Shown here in pieces: positions 13,912-27,904 of a stretch of DNA of 64,000 bases (its first letter is position 1; each line of letters begins with the position of its first letter). Under the pieces are notes generated by a model. It saw only the letters and a list, made by a program, of their open reading frames with translations. It was not told the DNA's origin and searched no databases. The translations under genes were made by a program, and so were the position numbers. Source of the stretch: the human T2T-CHM13v2.0 reference genome, Homo sapiens; the NCBI RefSeq assembly GCF_009914755.1, contig NC_060925.1; one strand, written 5' to 3'.

Positions 13912-14652
13912 TGAATGTTCTATATCTTCTCCTATTCCTACCCACCCACCTAACTAATGTACTAATCTAAGAGTGATTTAGATGCTTTTGCAGAAATACC
14001 AAACTCAGTGTTTTCCACAGTTCTGGGAGCTTGGTGTAAGAAAAAAAGGAAAATGAAGAAAGAACATCCAAAAGCTGTTTATGATAAAAGAAATTAGGAA
14101 AATACCACACCATTTGCCTGTTAAAGGTTTAAAAAGTCCTGAAGTAAATAAATCTACTTAACTTTTAAAAATCTAATATTTCCAAACCTTTGTACCACAG
14201 GAATAATTTTTCCTATATAGCTCCTTTACAATATACCAGTTTGGGAAAGTCTAACCCACTCTAATCTTTGTTCTATCTGCTTAGGGGGTACTTTTTGATA
14301 AGAACAAACCATTTAGCTTTCAGGCTTTTAGAGCTTGAGTACGATTAGAGATTGAGTTGAGGTTCAGATATAGGACAAGGGCTGCGACAGGGGTCAGAGA
14401 TGGAGTGAGGATCACTGATGTCCATCATGCATGTTACTTGGTAATAAGATGTAGTGTTTTTAACATTTTAAGACCTATCAGAGTAGTCATCCCAGATGAA
14501 CTAGGTCAAAATATCCTGCTTTTTAAAAATGAATGTATGGGTTAAAAAATTTGGCTTTATCCTTTGAAGTGATCTACCTCTTACATTTCACAAATATTAT
14601 TTAGAACTTTCTTTGTGATACCATATCTCAAAGAGTAAAATGATTAACCTAA

Positions 14653-14841
<189 letters not shown>

Positions 14842-15934
14842 TAAGAGCATTTGAAGTATTTGAATATTGAATTAAATTGGTTTAATTTGAGAAACTGTTA
14901 CAATTGTATTAGTTTAATTTTTATCTAATTACAGACAATTGTAGAATTATGCATGTTAGCAAAGGAAGTCTGTCTTTGTGATTAGAATCACTGAGCCTCA
15001 CAGAAGCTTCGGGGAAGATCTAATTGCAAACAAATACTTTTATAATTGATATTTCTGTAATGTGCATTCTACCATGATGTAGAACTTGGCACATCAGGGG
15101 CTTACCTGGGCTTCGTTCAGTTTATTATTTTCCTATGGTCTGTAAGTCCTCAGCTTCTTATACCTTGATATTAATAATTCAATAGCAATATCACAATAGT
15201 GTCAGTTCTTTTGCTGGTCATGAAATAGTAGCAATACAGCCAGAAAGAAGAAGTAGAAGATTTAGAACACTTATTAGGCTGAAGTAATAAAGAGAAAGGT
15301 TGGGCTTTCAAGACAATTTCAAGGCATGTACCACCAACATTTTAATATATAGTAAGTTTTGGGTACATATTTATCTTTGCAAGAGAAAAACTTTTTGCAC
15401 TATATCACAGTATAACTCTGCCTTATAAAAACTTAAATAATTATATTATTCAGATATTGTGTCTGTGTGCATGTGTGTGAGTGAGAGAACAAGAACGAGA
15501 GAGAAAGAAAAAATGGATGAGAGAGAAAATGCATATAGTTTTTGTGTTGAACTTAACATTTGCAAATTCACAAAGTGATTAGCAAATGGGATCTTTCCAA
15601 GTATAATGAGGGCTTGATTTGACCTATATCAAATATTCTTAATAATAAAAACTTATTTTATTAATATCATATAAAAGCAGTTATTTCAAAAATGTTATGT
15701 TAATACACAAGAAGATAGATTCTTTGCCACTAAGTAGCTGTGATCTTGAGCAAAAACTTCAATTTCCTCATCTCTAAAATGAGACAGATGAACAATAGGC
15801 TTTATCTATAGTGTATAACTCAGATGTGAATATCATTTTACTTCAGGCAATGAATTTAATATTATTTTACGATTACAATGTATGTCCCTTTTGAAAAAAC
15901 ATTATTACATGTCTTACCAAACATGTGTTTTCAG

Positions 15935-16059
15935 GATAGTGTGCAAACTGCTTAGTGAGATTTATGAACATATTCATTGCTTATATAAACTATCTGACAC
16001 TGTGTCAATGCTGGATATGCTACTGTCATTTGCTCATGCCTGCACTCTTTCTGACTATG
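15935..16059 (+). CDS. MSH4: MSH4 coding exon 14 (125 nt)
   Basis: tttcag| (M)[41 protein letters not shown](V) |gtaagt; LD..SFA motif typical of MutS domain III. Confidence 0.95.
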
Positions 16060-17299
16060 GTAAGTTGCTTTCTTTGGAATAAACATATTGCATAGTTAAA
16101 TTTGTATTCGATTCAAACAATTTGATATAATAGTTATGACATTTAAAATTTTTAACTTGAAATAGAGTCTCTTGCCTCTGGTCCTAGACTAAGACACAAA
16201 ATAAAGAAAGTGAGATTACCCTTAAAATTTTTTTTGAAGTAAAAATTATTCTCTCAGAAATTGGCAAACCAAAAAGAAAAAATTGCAAGAAACTAAAGAT
16301 TCCCCAAATAAGAAAGACTGTAAGAGCTGTCTCCTTGGTAAAAATGACAGTGATCTAAATTTATAAAGTTCAAATCTGAATACTTATTAGAAGCAGCGTG
16401 ATAAACGTTAATAGAGAGAAATGCATCTCCAGAGTGAGCATTTTAATCCACTAGCTCTTTAGATGTGAACATACCAAAATTAGGAATTATGTAATTTATT
16501 TTTATATCCCAAGTCTATAAAAAGGCCATGAATATAAATGTTAAGTAATTTTCTCATGTTAAATGAATACTTCGAGTTAGTGCTTTGACATTTCTTATCT
16601 AACTTACCAGTAATAACCATACTCCAGTATGCAAATTTACTGGACTAGTATGTGATAATTATGGTTGAATAATTGTAGACTTCATTACATTAAAAACATT
16701 GAAATTTCTAATGTAAATCAGCAGTAAAATTTCTAAAATGTTATGTTAATTTACTTTTATGGGATGTATCTTAAGATTTTTTCATATTTCTTATGGAAAT
16801 ATTAACTTTTTCTATTGGTATTTTATAGGCCAAAACTTTTCAAACTTTTATATCTCCTTTGCATCAAAACTCTACTTTAGGGGTCAGATATTCCAATGGT
16901 AGTTTTGTTTTTAAACTATTAAGAGATTTAGTCTTGCTTCATTTTAGTTTGAGAAGGATCATTCTGAAACTCCATATCTATAAATAATGAATTTTTGAAA
17001 ATACTTAAAATTTTTTTTCTAACCTCACTTTTATGATGAATGTTTTCAAGTTTATGCATTTTAGATAAAGGTATGGAACATTTTGGTTTTCACATATGCT
17101 TTCACCCTCTTCCTCCTCCCCCCACTTCAGGTGGTATCCATAGAGACCTGATCCTTATTTATTTCTATAGATTAGCAGATTATTTGTGTTGATCTTCTCT
17201 ATTCTCATTCTCTGAAATTTCCTTTTATACGAAATTTCTCCATGGGCTTAGAAAGAATTATTTTTATATTTGATTTTATTCTATAATCATACCTCAACT

Positions 17300-17550
17300 T
17301 ATGAGCTAGGTGTTTGAAACCAGCCTGGGCAACATAGCTAGACCTCATTTCTAAAAAAAAAAAAAAAAAAAAAAAAAATCGGTGAGAAGTGGTGGCAGGT
17401 GCCTGTACTCCCAGCTTCTTGAAAGGCTGAGGCAGGCAGGAGGATGGCTTGAGCCCAGGAGTTTGAGGCTGCAATAAGCTATGATTTTGCCACCGTATTC
17501 CAGCCTGGGTGATAGACCAAGACCCTGTCTCTAATAAATACATAAATAAA
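17300..17550 (+). mobile_element. AluJ lacking its 5' end, with expanded middle A tract
   Basis: Partial left arm, ~26-A linker, right arm, (TAAA)n tail. Confidence 0.85.
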
Positions 17551-17658
17551 TGCTAAGCGTACCAAATTTGAAATAATATTAAAGTAGGGAAGTAGTGTTT
17601 AAGGTAGAGTAAGTAAATATGCAACTCTGTATTACCAGTAACCAACTATGATTTTTAA

Positions 17659-18001
<343 letters not shown>

Positions 18002-18308
18002 CTGCTTGGTTCTTTTTAATCTACAAAAAGCTGAAAATTTTATAAACTATTTTGGAGCTCAGGACAGTGGTAAAGAACTAAATTCTAGAGTTCTCTAGAA
18101 GTGAATAAAAGTTGTGATAGTGATTAGAGTGTGTCCATTATAATTTAGAAGAATTTGGGTGGGGATTTGGGATAATATAGTACCTTAATGTTATTATTCC
18201 AAATTGACCAGTGTGAAAATCACTAAGATATAGACAATACATACACACTACAAAATCTTTAGACACAAATATATTAATCTTTAAAAACCATTCTATTTTT
18301 TTTCTTAA

Positions 18309-18530
<222 letters not shown>

Positions 18531-19142
18531 TAATGACCAGTTTTACACTCTTTTCAGAATGCTTTGTGCCTAATTTTTTTAGGGCCATGTGCCTAATTAA
18601 CCCAAGAACAGTTTGGAGCAGATTCTGTTACCTAAAAGTATAACAGTGTGTCTGTTGTGTAAACTATAACTTTACTATTTGATATTTATTAAGCTCCATC
18701 CAATTTCAATTGCATTGCACTAAAATTTTTTTGGGATACTACAGAATTGGGAACATTCTTACTATAACTATTAAAGTTGCATCAAATATTACTAAATTGA
18801 ATCATGCAATTATTTCTGGTTCAAAAACAAAGTTTGTTGTGAGAAAAAGTGAAATGAGTAGGTTAAGCTGTTGCCTTTAATAATCCATGTGAGTTTTTTC
18901 CAAAATTATTAAATATAATATTGAGCAGAGAAACATTTCCCTTAACTTGAGGGGTACCAATAACTTGGCCATAGCAGTTGATATATTATACATACACATG
19001 TGCATACATGCATCTAAATGGCTGTCACTGACCCAACATTGTTACCTATTTCTTAATATGGAGGCCCAGCTTAACTCCTAATTCTGAAAACTGGGTTTCC
19101 TTGAGAACTATATGAATCAGAGATGAGATACTTGGCCAAAAT

Positions 19143-19396
19143 GAAGTGGTTCTTAAGCAGGGGTGGTTTTGATCCCTTACCTCCCAACTCCCAGAATTTG
19201 GCAATATCTGGAAAAATTTTTGGTTGTCACAGCTGAGGGGAGTGTAGAGTCCAGGAATGCTGTTAAACATCCTACAATGCACAGAACAGCTCTCCCTCTC
19301 CACGCTCCCCTGCTTTCCTCACCCCACCATACACACACACATAAGAAAGATTTATTGAGCCCAAGATACTAGTAGTGTCATGGGTGAGAAACCTTG
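19143..19396. mobile_element. MER20-like hAT-Charlie MITE
   Basis: agtggttct...ggcaatatctgga..ttttggttgtcaca..gctgttaaacatcctacaatgcacag..tgagaaacc. Confidence 0.75.
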
Positions 19397-19636
19397 GTCT
19401 AATGTAATGAATTGTAAGGAGAACAAAGCAATAATAATATTGGTGATACAGTATAAATTCACCCTTAGTACTGGGACAATCAGAGACAAATGAGTTAATG
19501 AAGAGTAAATATTTTATTGATTTTGTAGGTTTATTGGAATTAAAAGGACATTTTAGCTAATTTCCTTCGCCTTATAAGAATACTGTCTGATTCATGTAAG
19601 ACATAATACTTCGATTTGAATTAGCTATGAGGAGCT

Positions 19637-19718
19637 AATATATATGTATATATGTATATGTATGTATGTATATATATATGTGTATATATATGTGTGTGTG
19701 TATGTGTGTATATATATA

Positions 19719-19770
<52 letters not shown>

Positions 19771-20007
19771 AGCCAGGAGGCTTCTGTAATAATCTAGATA
19801 AGAAAGGTTGAGAAACTTTTTGATGGAGGTTAAGAGAGCAGAGAAAATACAAACATATACCACTTAATAATATACGCTATGTGTATATATATAGGGTATA
19901 TATATACCTTCTATATATAATATAAATATATATATTATATACATTATATATATAAAATATGTATATAATACCGTATATATACTACGTAGTATATATAGAC
20001 TCACACT

Positions 20008-20052
<45 letters not shown>

Positions 20053-22351
20053 AAGGTATGTAACATTTTGGTTTTCACATATACTTTCACCCTTTTCCTC
20101 CACCTCCCACCTCAGTTGGTATCCTGAGTGTGTATATACATATATATATATATGTATATACACACACACACACAAACACTGGGTACATATATATATACGT
20201 ATAACCTTCACATTTATTTCACATTTATATAATGAAGGTAATATATATGTATATGTAAAGTATTATATGTATTATATGTATATGTATTATATATTACATA
20301 TGTATTATATATAATATACATTATATATTATATATTATTATTTATTATATATTATAATATATTATATATTATAATATATATTATATATTATATATTATAA
20401 TATATTATATATTATAATATATATTATATATTATATATTATAATATATATACCTGATATATTTAAGGTATTATATATAATACCTTATATATTATATATAT
20501 AATACCTTATAAGGTATTATATATAATATTATATATTATATATAATATATATATTATATATAATATATAAATGTATATATTATATATTATACATATATAT
20601 TATATACATATATTATATATAATATATATTTTATATATTATATATGTATATATGTAATATATATAACCTTCACATTTATTTCAGTTATATAATGTGAAGG
20701 TAATATATATATGTTATTTTGTGTATATATAAAGTATTATATATAATGTATTATATATTATATAGTATATATAGTATATATAATGTATTATATATTATAT
20801 AGTATATATAGTATATATAATGTATTATATATTATATAGTATATATAGTATATATAATGTATTATATATAGTATATATAATGTATTATATAGTATATATA
20901 CTATATAATGTATTATATATTATGTATAGTATATGTAATGTATTATATATTATATAGTATATGTAATGTATTATATGTATTATATAGTATATATTATATA
21001 TGATGTATTATTTAGCATATATAATATATATGATGTATTATTTAGCATATATAGTATATATGATGTATTATATAGCATATATAGTATATATGATGTATTA
21101 TATATAGCATGTATAGTATATATGATGTATTATATATAGCATGTATAGTATATATGATGTATTATATATAGCATGTATAGTATATATGATGTATTATATA
21201 TAGCATGTATAGTATATATGATGTATTATATATAGCATGTATAGTATATATGATGTATTATATATAGCATGTATAGTATATATGATGTATTATATATAGC
21301 ATGTATAGTATATATGATGTATTATATATAGCATGTATAGTATATATGATGTATTATATATAGCATGTATAGTATATATGATGTATTATATATAGCATGT
21401 ATAGTATATATGATGTATTATATATAGCATGTATAGTATATATGATGTATTATATATAGCATGTATAGTATATATGATGTATTATATATAGCATGTATAG
21501 TATATATGATGTATTATATATAGCATGTATAGTATATATGATGTATTATATATAGCATGTATAGTATATATGATGTATTATATATAGCATGTATAGTATA
21601 TATGATGTATTATATATAGCATGTATAGTATATATGATGTATTATATATAGCATGTATAGTATATATGATGTATTATATATAGTGTATAGTATATATGGT
21701 ATATATGATGTATTATATATTATATATGGTATATATGATGTATTATATATTATATATAATATATATGATGTATTATATATTATATATAATATATATGATG
21801 TATTATATATTATATATAATATATATGATGCATTATATATTATATATAATATATATGATGTATTATATATTATATATAATATATATGATGTATTATATAT
21901 TATATATAATATATATGATGTATTATATATTATATATAATATATATGATGTATTATATATGATGTATTATATATAATATATATGATGTATTATATATGAT
22001 GTATTATATATAATATATATGATGTATTATATATATTATTATCTATTATATACAATGTATTATATACAAGTTATTATATATAATATATAATGTATTATAT
22101 ATTATATAATGTATAATATATAAATATATAAATATATAATTATGTATAAATATAGAAATATATACATTATACATTATATACACTATAATGTATAATATAT
22201 ATATTATATATAAATATATACATTATATATAAATATATTATATACATTATATATAAAATATGTATATAGTTATTATACCTTATATATACTAAACAGTATA
22301 TATATATACTCACACTGGTACATATATATATATATTATATATATATATATT
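19637..22351. repeat. Compound (TA)n/(TG)n microsatellite and AT-rich minisatellite array, about 2.7 kb
   Basis: Directly visible; includes 18 copies of the 32-mer GCATGTATAGTATATATGATGTATTATATATA (21107-21682) and about 9 copies of a related 30-mer (21701-21960). Confidence 0.97.
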
Positions 22352-22585
22352 ACCTTCACATTTATTTCACATTTATTCTCCTAGAAACTCCATAAGAAAG
22401 TTGTATTTGAAATCTAAGTTCTGCTCTCTGAGGGCAGGACCCATGTCTGTTTATTTACCCTAACACATAGAAGGGCTTCAATAAATAGGTATTGAATTTC
22501 TATAAAATGAGGAAAGTCAGGCTCAAAGACTTGCCCAAGATCACCCAGTATAAATCCTTTACCTTAGTCTTCCCCACTTGCCCCA

Positions 22586-22949
22586 TTATGCCGTTTGACT
22601 CTGTGTCTCCACCCAAATCTCACCTTGAATTGTAATCCCACGTGTCAAGGGAGGGACCTGGTCGGAGGTGATTAGATCATGGGGGGCGGTTTCCCCAATG
22701 TTGTTCTTGTGATAGTGAATTCTCACAAGATCTGATGGTTTAAAAGTGTTTGGCAGTTCCCACCTTGCTCTCTCCCTCTCCTGCTCGCATATGAGGACGG
22801 TCCTTGCTTTCTATTTGCCTTCCGTCATGATTGTAAGTTTCCTGAAGCCTCCCCAGCCATGCAGAATTGTGAGTTAATTAAACCTCTTTTGTTTATAAAT
22901 TACTCAGTCTCAGGGATTTTATAGCAGGGTGAAGCAGCAGACTAATACA
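22586..22949 (+). mobile_element. Solo MaLR LTR (MSTA-like)
   Basis: LTR body ending gactaataca; TSD CCCCA at 22581-22585 and 22950-22954. Confidence 0.9.
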
Positions 22950-22959
22950 CCCCAGTAGC

Positions 22960-23200
22960 TAATATTGAGTGTTCACTATGCCCATCACTGCTGTATATAC
23001 CTTGCATGATAATACGCATTTCACGTTTATCTGTCTGGAAACTGGAAGTGTTATCTGGTTAACACTCATAAAAATATGATAAAGATTATTAACTCCATGT
23101 TATAGATGAGTAAGTCAAAGTATTGAGAAGGAATTTGTCCAAGATTATATAGTTTGTAAGAGGCAGCACAAGGATTCAAACCCATGCAGCCTGACAAATA
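22960..23200. mobile_element. MIR fragment
   Basis: attattaactccatgttatagatgag...ttgtccaagatta..aggattcaaaccca MIR core. Confidence 0.65.
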
Positions 23201-24378
23201 ATCTTTGCCCTAAATTAGCAAATTGTCCCCACCCTTCTCCAGAATCTTAAGAAGGTAGCAGGTCATTCCTGTTTTCTTGGAAATGGACAGTTTGTTTATG
23301 TTTTTGTTTTTGTTTTTAGCCAGAAAGTTCTGATTCAAATTCTGGCTCTATCACTTCATTATTTATTTTCAGCAAACATTTATCATGAGATTATGTGTCA
23401 GAAGCCACTCTAGGTTCATAATTCATCCTTTTAGGAAAACAAGCAAAAAAATAGAGTAGAATGGGGGAGATACATCTTTCTAGTTTTTATAATTTATTGG
23501 GTTATTTTGAAAATTAGGAAGAGTGGATATAAAATATCTAGTATGTCGAATGGTATAGGTGCCGTTATTATAATTACTACTGTTATGATTATTACTTTTA
23601 TTTTCATTAATATTAATCTGACTTTTGGTTTCTTTTCTTGCTACTCCTTATTCCTCAGAGTTAAGCCCTATTCTTTACCCTTTTTTTGTTTTTAATCTTG
23701 GAGTAATCTGGCTTTGGTTTTTTTGCTGCTATTATTTCACCATTTTACCTATACAGAATTCTGTATATGTGGTACGTTTCCCTTTCAACTATTTGTATAT
23801 TTTATCTTCTTATAATGTTAGAATGCATTTTAGATTTTATTCTATATTGAGACTGGTGCATTAATCAGATTGATTTGTTTTCAAAAAATGAATATTTTAG
23901 ATGAGTTAGCACAATAACTTCTTGGGCAGAAACAGTCTTGTGGGTGAAAATTCACCTTTTTTTTCTTTTTATTAAATGTTTTGCTTTTATTTTGCTTCTG
24001 AATGTTTCTCCATGTTTGTAATCACAGATATTTCTTTATATCTTTTTATAATGATTTTATTAACTTCAGCTTTATAGGCATTTTCTTCAGATTTTCATAT
24101 TTCTTTTTTTTAATTTATTTTATTTTTGACATAATAATTGCACGCATTTAAGAGATACATAGTGATGTTTGAATACATACCATGTATAATGATTAGATCA
24201 GTGTAACTGGCATATTATATTCATAAGCTTTATAAGCATTCCCTTCATATTTTAATATTTTGAATGTTATCATTCAAGTAAGTTATTTAAAATTTTTATT
24301 GTGTTTATAACTGTCTGTTTGTTATGTACTTGAACATTTACTGCCTTATTTGAACTTCTGGATAACTTTGTACAGTAG

Positions 24379-24601
<223 letters not shown>

Positions 24602-24697
24602 TAGAACTGGGGTCATGTCTTCTAATGCCATATCTAGTGTTCTTTCTACCATATAATCCTTGTAAATAATCTGAGAAGTACAAAATGTTATTAGTAA

Positions 24698-24913
<216 letters not shown>

Positions 24914-26176
24914 TAATGGCCAGTTATCACATAAAATATTTTTATACTAAAATATGCAGATGTTGCTTATACCCTTTTCTAAGAGCCAGAGGGCAGTCAA
25001 AGACAGCCTCCTAATTTCTGTTTTATGTGGAAATGGAAGACAATGTTTAAGTGAAAATATAATTTTAAGAGAAAGAGCTAGCATTATTAAGTAATAAAAG
25101 TGTGCCTAAATGTTTTTATAGGAAATACGTAAAAGACTTCAGAAAATGATAACTGGTTCAGTACCATTTTGCATAGTATTTATTGTTCTTCATAGGCTTG
25201 ATTTTAAAACAAAAGATTACTGTGTTAGAAGGGTTTCAAAAATCATCCTCTTCTTTGTTCTCATAGAATTTTCACTCCCTGTACCAAAGTATCACCTATT
25301 TCTGATTGAGCAAACGTCAAGTAGGCTTTAGAACTGAAGGAATTAAGTGTAACTCTTGGGATATCTGTATTATGAATTTAGGATCACTGTTTAGTTGGAA
25401 AATTTTCTTCAAGTAGATAGGTGGTGACTAAAGTTATCATTTGTCCCATGATTTATATAATTATTTATTGTGTATTGAATATCTATAATAGATCGTAGCA
25501 ATATATTAGGCACTTAAGGTATATTTTTAAATGGTCCTAGCACTCAAAAAGCTTAGTCTCATAGAAAGGTAAAATGTCCATCAAAGTTACTATTGTGTCA
25601 TAATATAATAAAGATAAAATTCTATTTTTGAGAAAGAGGTTAATAATCTTCAGTGGAAAAGAGCACTTCTGTCAATTTAAGTCTTAGTCTCCATTGGTCA
25701 TGGATTTAAATTTATTTGTTAAACCAAGAATCAAGACTTAGGTATTTTTTCTTAAATTTTTCTTTACTTCATCTTTACAGGGTATAGAGTAATACTTAAA
25801 TAAATTTGAGAGATGGTTTTGGATACTTTATAGCAGTAATTGATTAGTCATTTGTGGAGAAGAAAATGACCATCTTTGTGCTTAGTTTAAACATTTAATT
25901 TATTGCATTTTTTCACTGTATCTAAAGCATCAATATTTTAGATAATGGTTATTTACTCTGTTGTCTCATATACATATGCATATGTCTATTTATGTACACA
26001 TCAGCTATTCTACTGGAATTATTAGTCATGAGATTTTTAGAAAAGAAAACTATTATTTTCTGCTCAGCAGGATGTCTCTAAGAATACATTTCAGATGAAC
26101 TTATAAAGAGACTGGGTTTCTCCTCATTTTTTCCTGTGATATTGACAGCTGTTTGGTTACAATGAATAAATATTAA

Positions 26177-26422
<246 letters not shown>

Positions 26423-26934
26423 TAGATAGTAAACACATATCATCGCATTTATATTTTTATTCCTTCATTTCCAATGAAAGTGGGAATCATTAGTTTGATA
26501 ACCATGATATAGATAAGGAAAAGATGAAATCAAGAAATTCAAATAATGCAAAATTAGTCAGTTGGCTTTAATTTCATCAAATTCAGTAGCAAAATATGAA
26601 GGTCTTTCAGTAATTGCCTCCATGTGCAATGATGTTGACTATGATGTTACAACAGGAAGGAAAGCACTAGGCAACTCAGGTAACTTTACAGAAAATCTAT
26701 TTTACCTACCTAAGTAAATTTTATTCCTTTAAAGAAAGTAGTTTTTCACAAATCAACTATGTAAAACATTGATTTTTGCTCTATTAAATTAATTTATAAA
26801 ATATCTTTTTAAATGGTCACTCACAATATATACAGATATGAACAAAACTGAAATAAAAATACTTTTTCTTATTTAAGATACCTTAAAATGTCCCTAAGAT
26901 GAAGTTATTTACCTTAAATGAAAGTCCATAATGA

Positions 26935-27247
26935 TTTATTTATTTTTATTATATTTATTTATTTTTTGAGACAGGGTCTCACTCTGTTGCCCATGCTGGA
27001 GTGCAGTGGCGCAATCTTGGCTCACTGCAACTTCCACCTTTCAGGCTCCAGCAATCCTCCTGCCGCAGCCTCCTGAGTAGCTGGGACTGCAGGCATGCAC
27101 CATCATGCTTAGCTAATTTTTGTATTTTTAGCTGTGACGGGGTTTCACCATGTTACCCAGGCTGGTCTTGAACTCCTGGGCTCAAGTGATCCACTCACTT
27201 CAGCCTCCCAAAGTGCTGTGATTGCAGGCTGAGCCGTCATGCCCGGC
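26935..27247 (-). mobile_element. AluJ
   Basis: Antisense dimeric Alu. Confidence 0.9.
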
Positions 27248-27423
27248 TCGTAATGATTTATTATATAGAATGAGAAAAATCTATTTTATGCTTAAAAGTA
27301 TGTGATAAATCAAAAGTAATGGTAATAAATAATATTAGTCTTTGTAATTTTGAATGTGTCAGTTTCAATTTCTCATATAAATAAAGTGCATATATTACTT
27401 AAGATTAAAAGCTAATTAGTGCC

Positions 27424-27873
27424 TCTGATGGTTAATTTTACATGTCAGTTTGACTGGGCCACAGAGTGCCCAGACATTTGGTCAAACATTGTTCTGGATA
27501 TGTCTGTGAGGGTGTTTCTGGATGAGATTAGAATTGGTAAACTGAGTAAAGCAGATTGCCCTCCCTAATGTGGGTGGGTCCCACTCAATAAATGCAAGCC
27601 TGAATAGAACAAAAAGCCTTCCAATGAGTAAGAGGAAACTCCTCCTTCCTGGCTGCCTTCAGTATGGAAGATCTGTTCTTTACTACCTTCAGACTCAAAC
27701 TGAAACATTGGCTTTTTCTGGGTCTGGAACCTGCCAGCTTTGGACTGGAGTTGTACCATTGGCTCTCCTGGACCTATAGCTAGCCCATTTTAGACCTTGG
27801 TACTTGTTAGCCTTCATAAATCACATGAGCCAGTTTCTTATGATGAATCTCTTCACACGCACACACATACACA

Positions 27874-27904
<31 letters not shown>

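Noticed and set aside
19621-21976. Tyr/Ile/Met-rich repetitive ORFs, and regular repeats as a CRISPR-like array
   Set aside because: The ORFs are translations of TA-rich tandem repeats. Units are head-to-tail with no unique spacers, and the DNA is primate. The same applies to 41939-42385.
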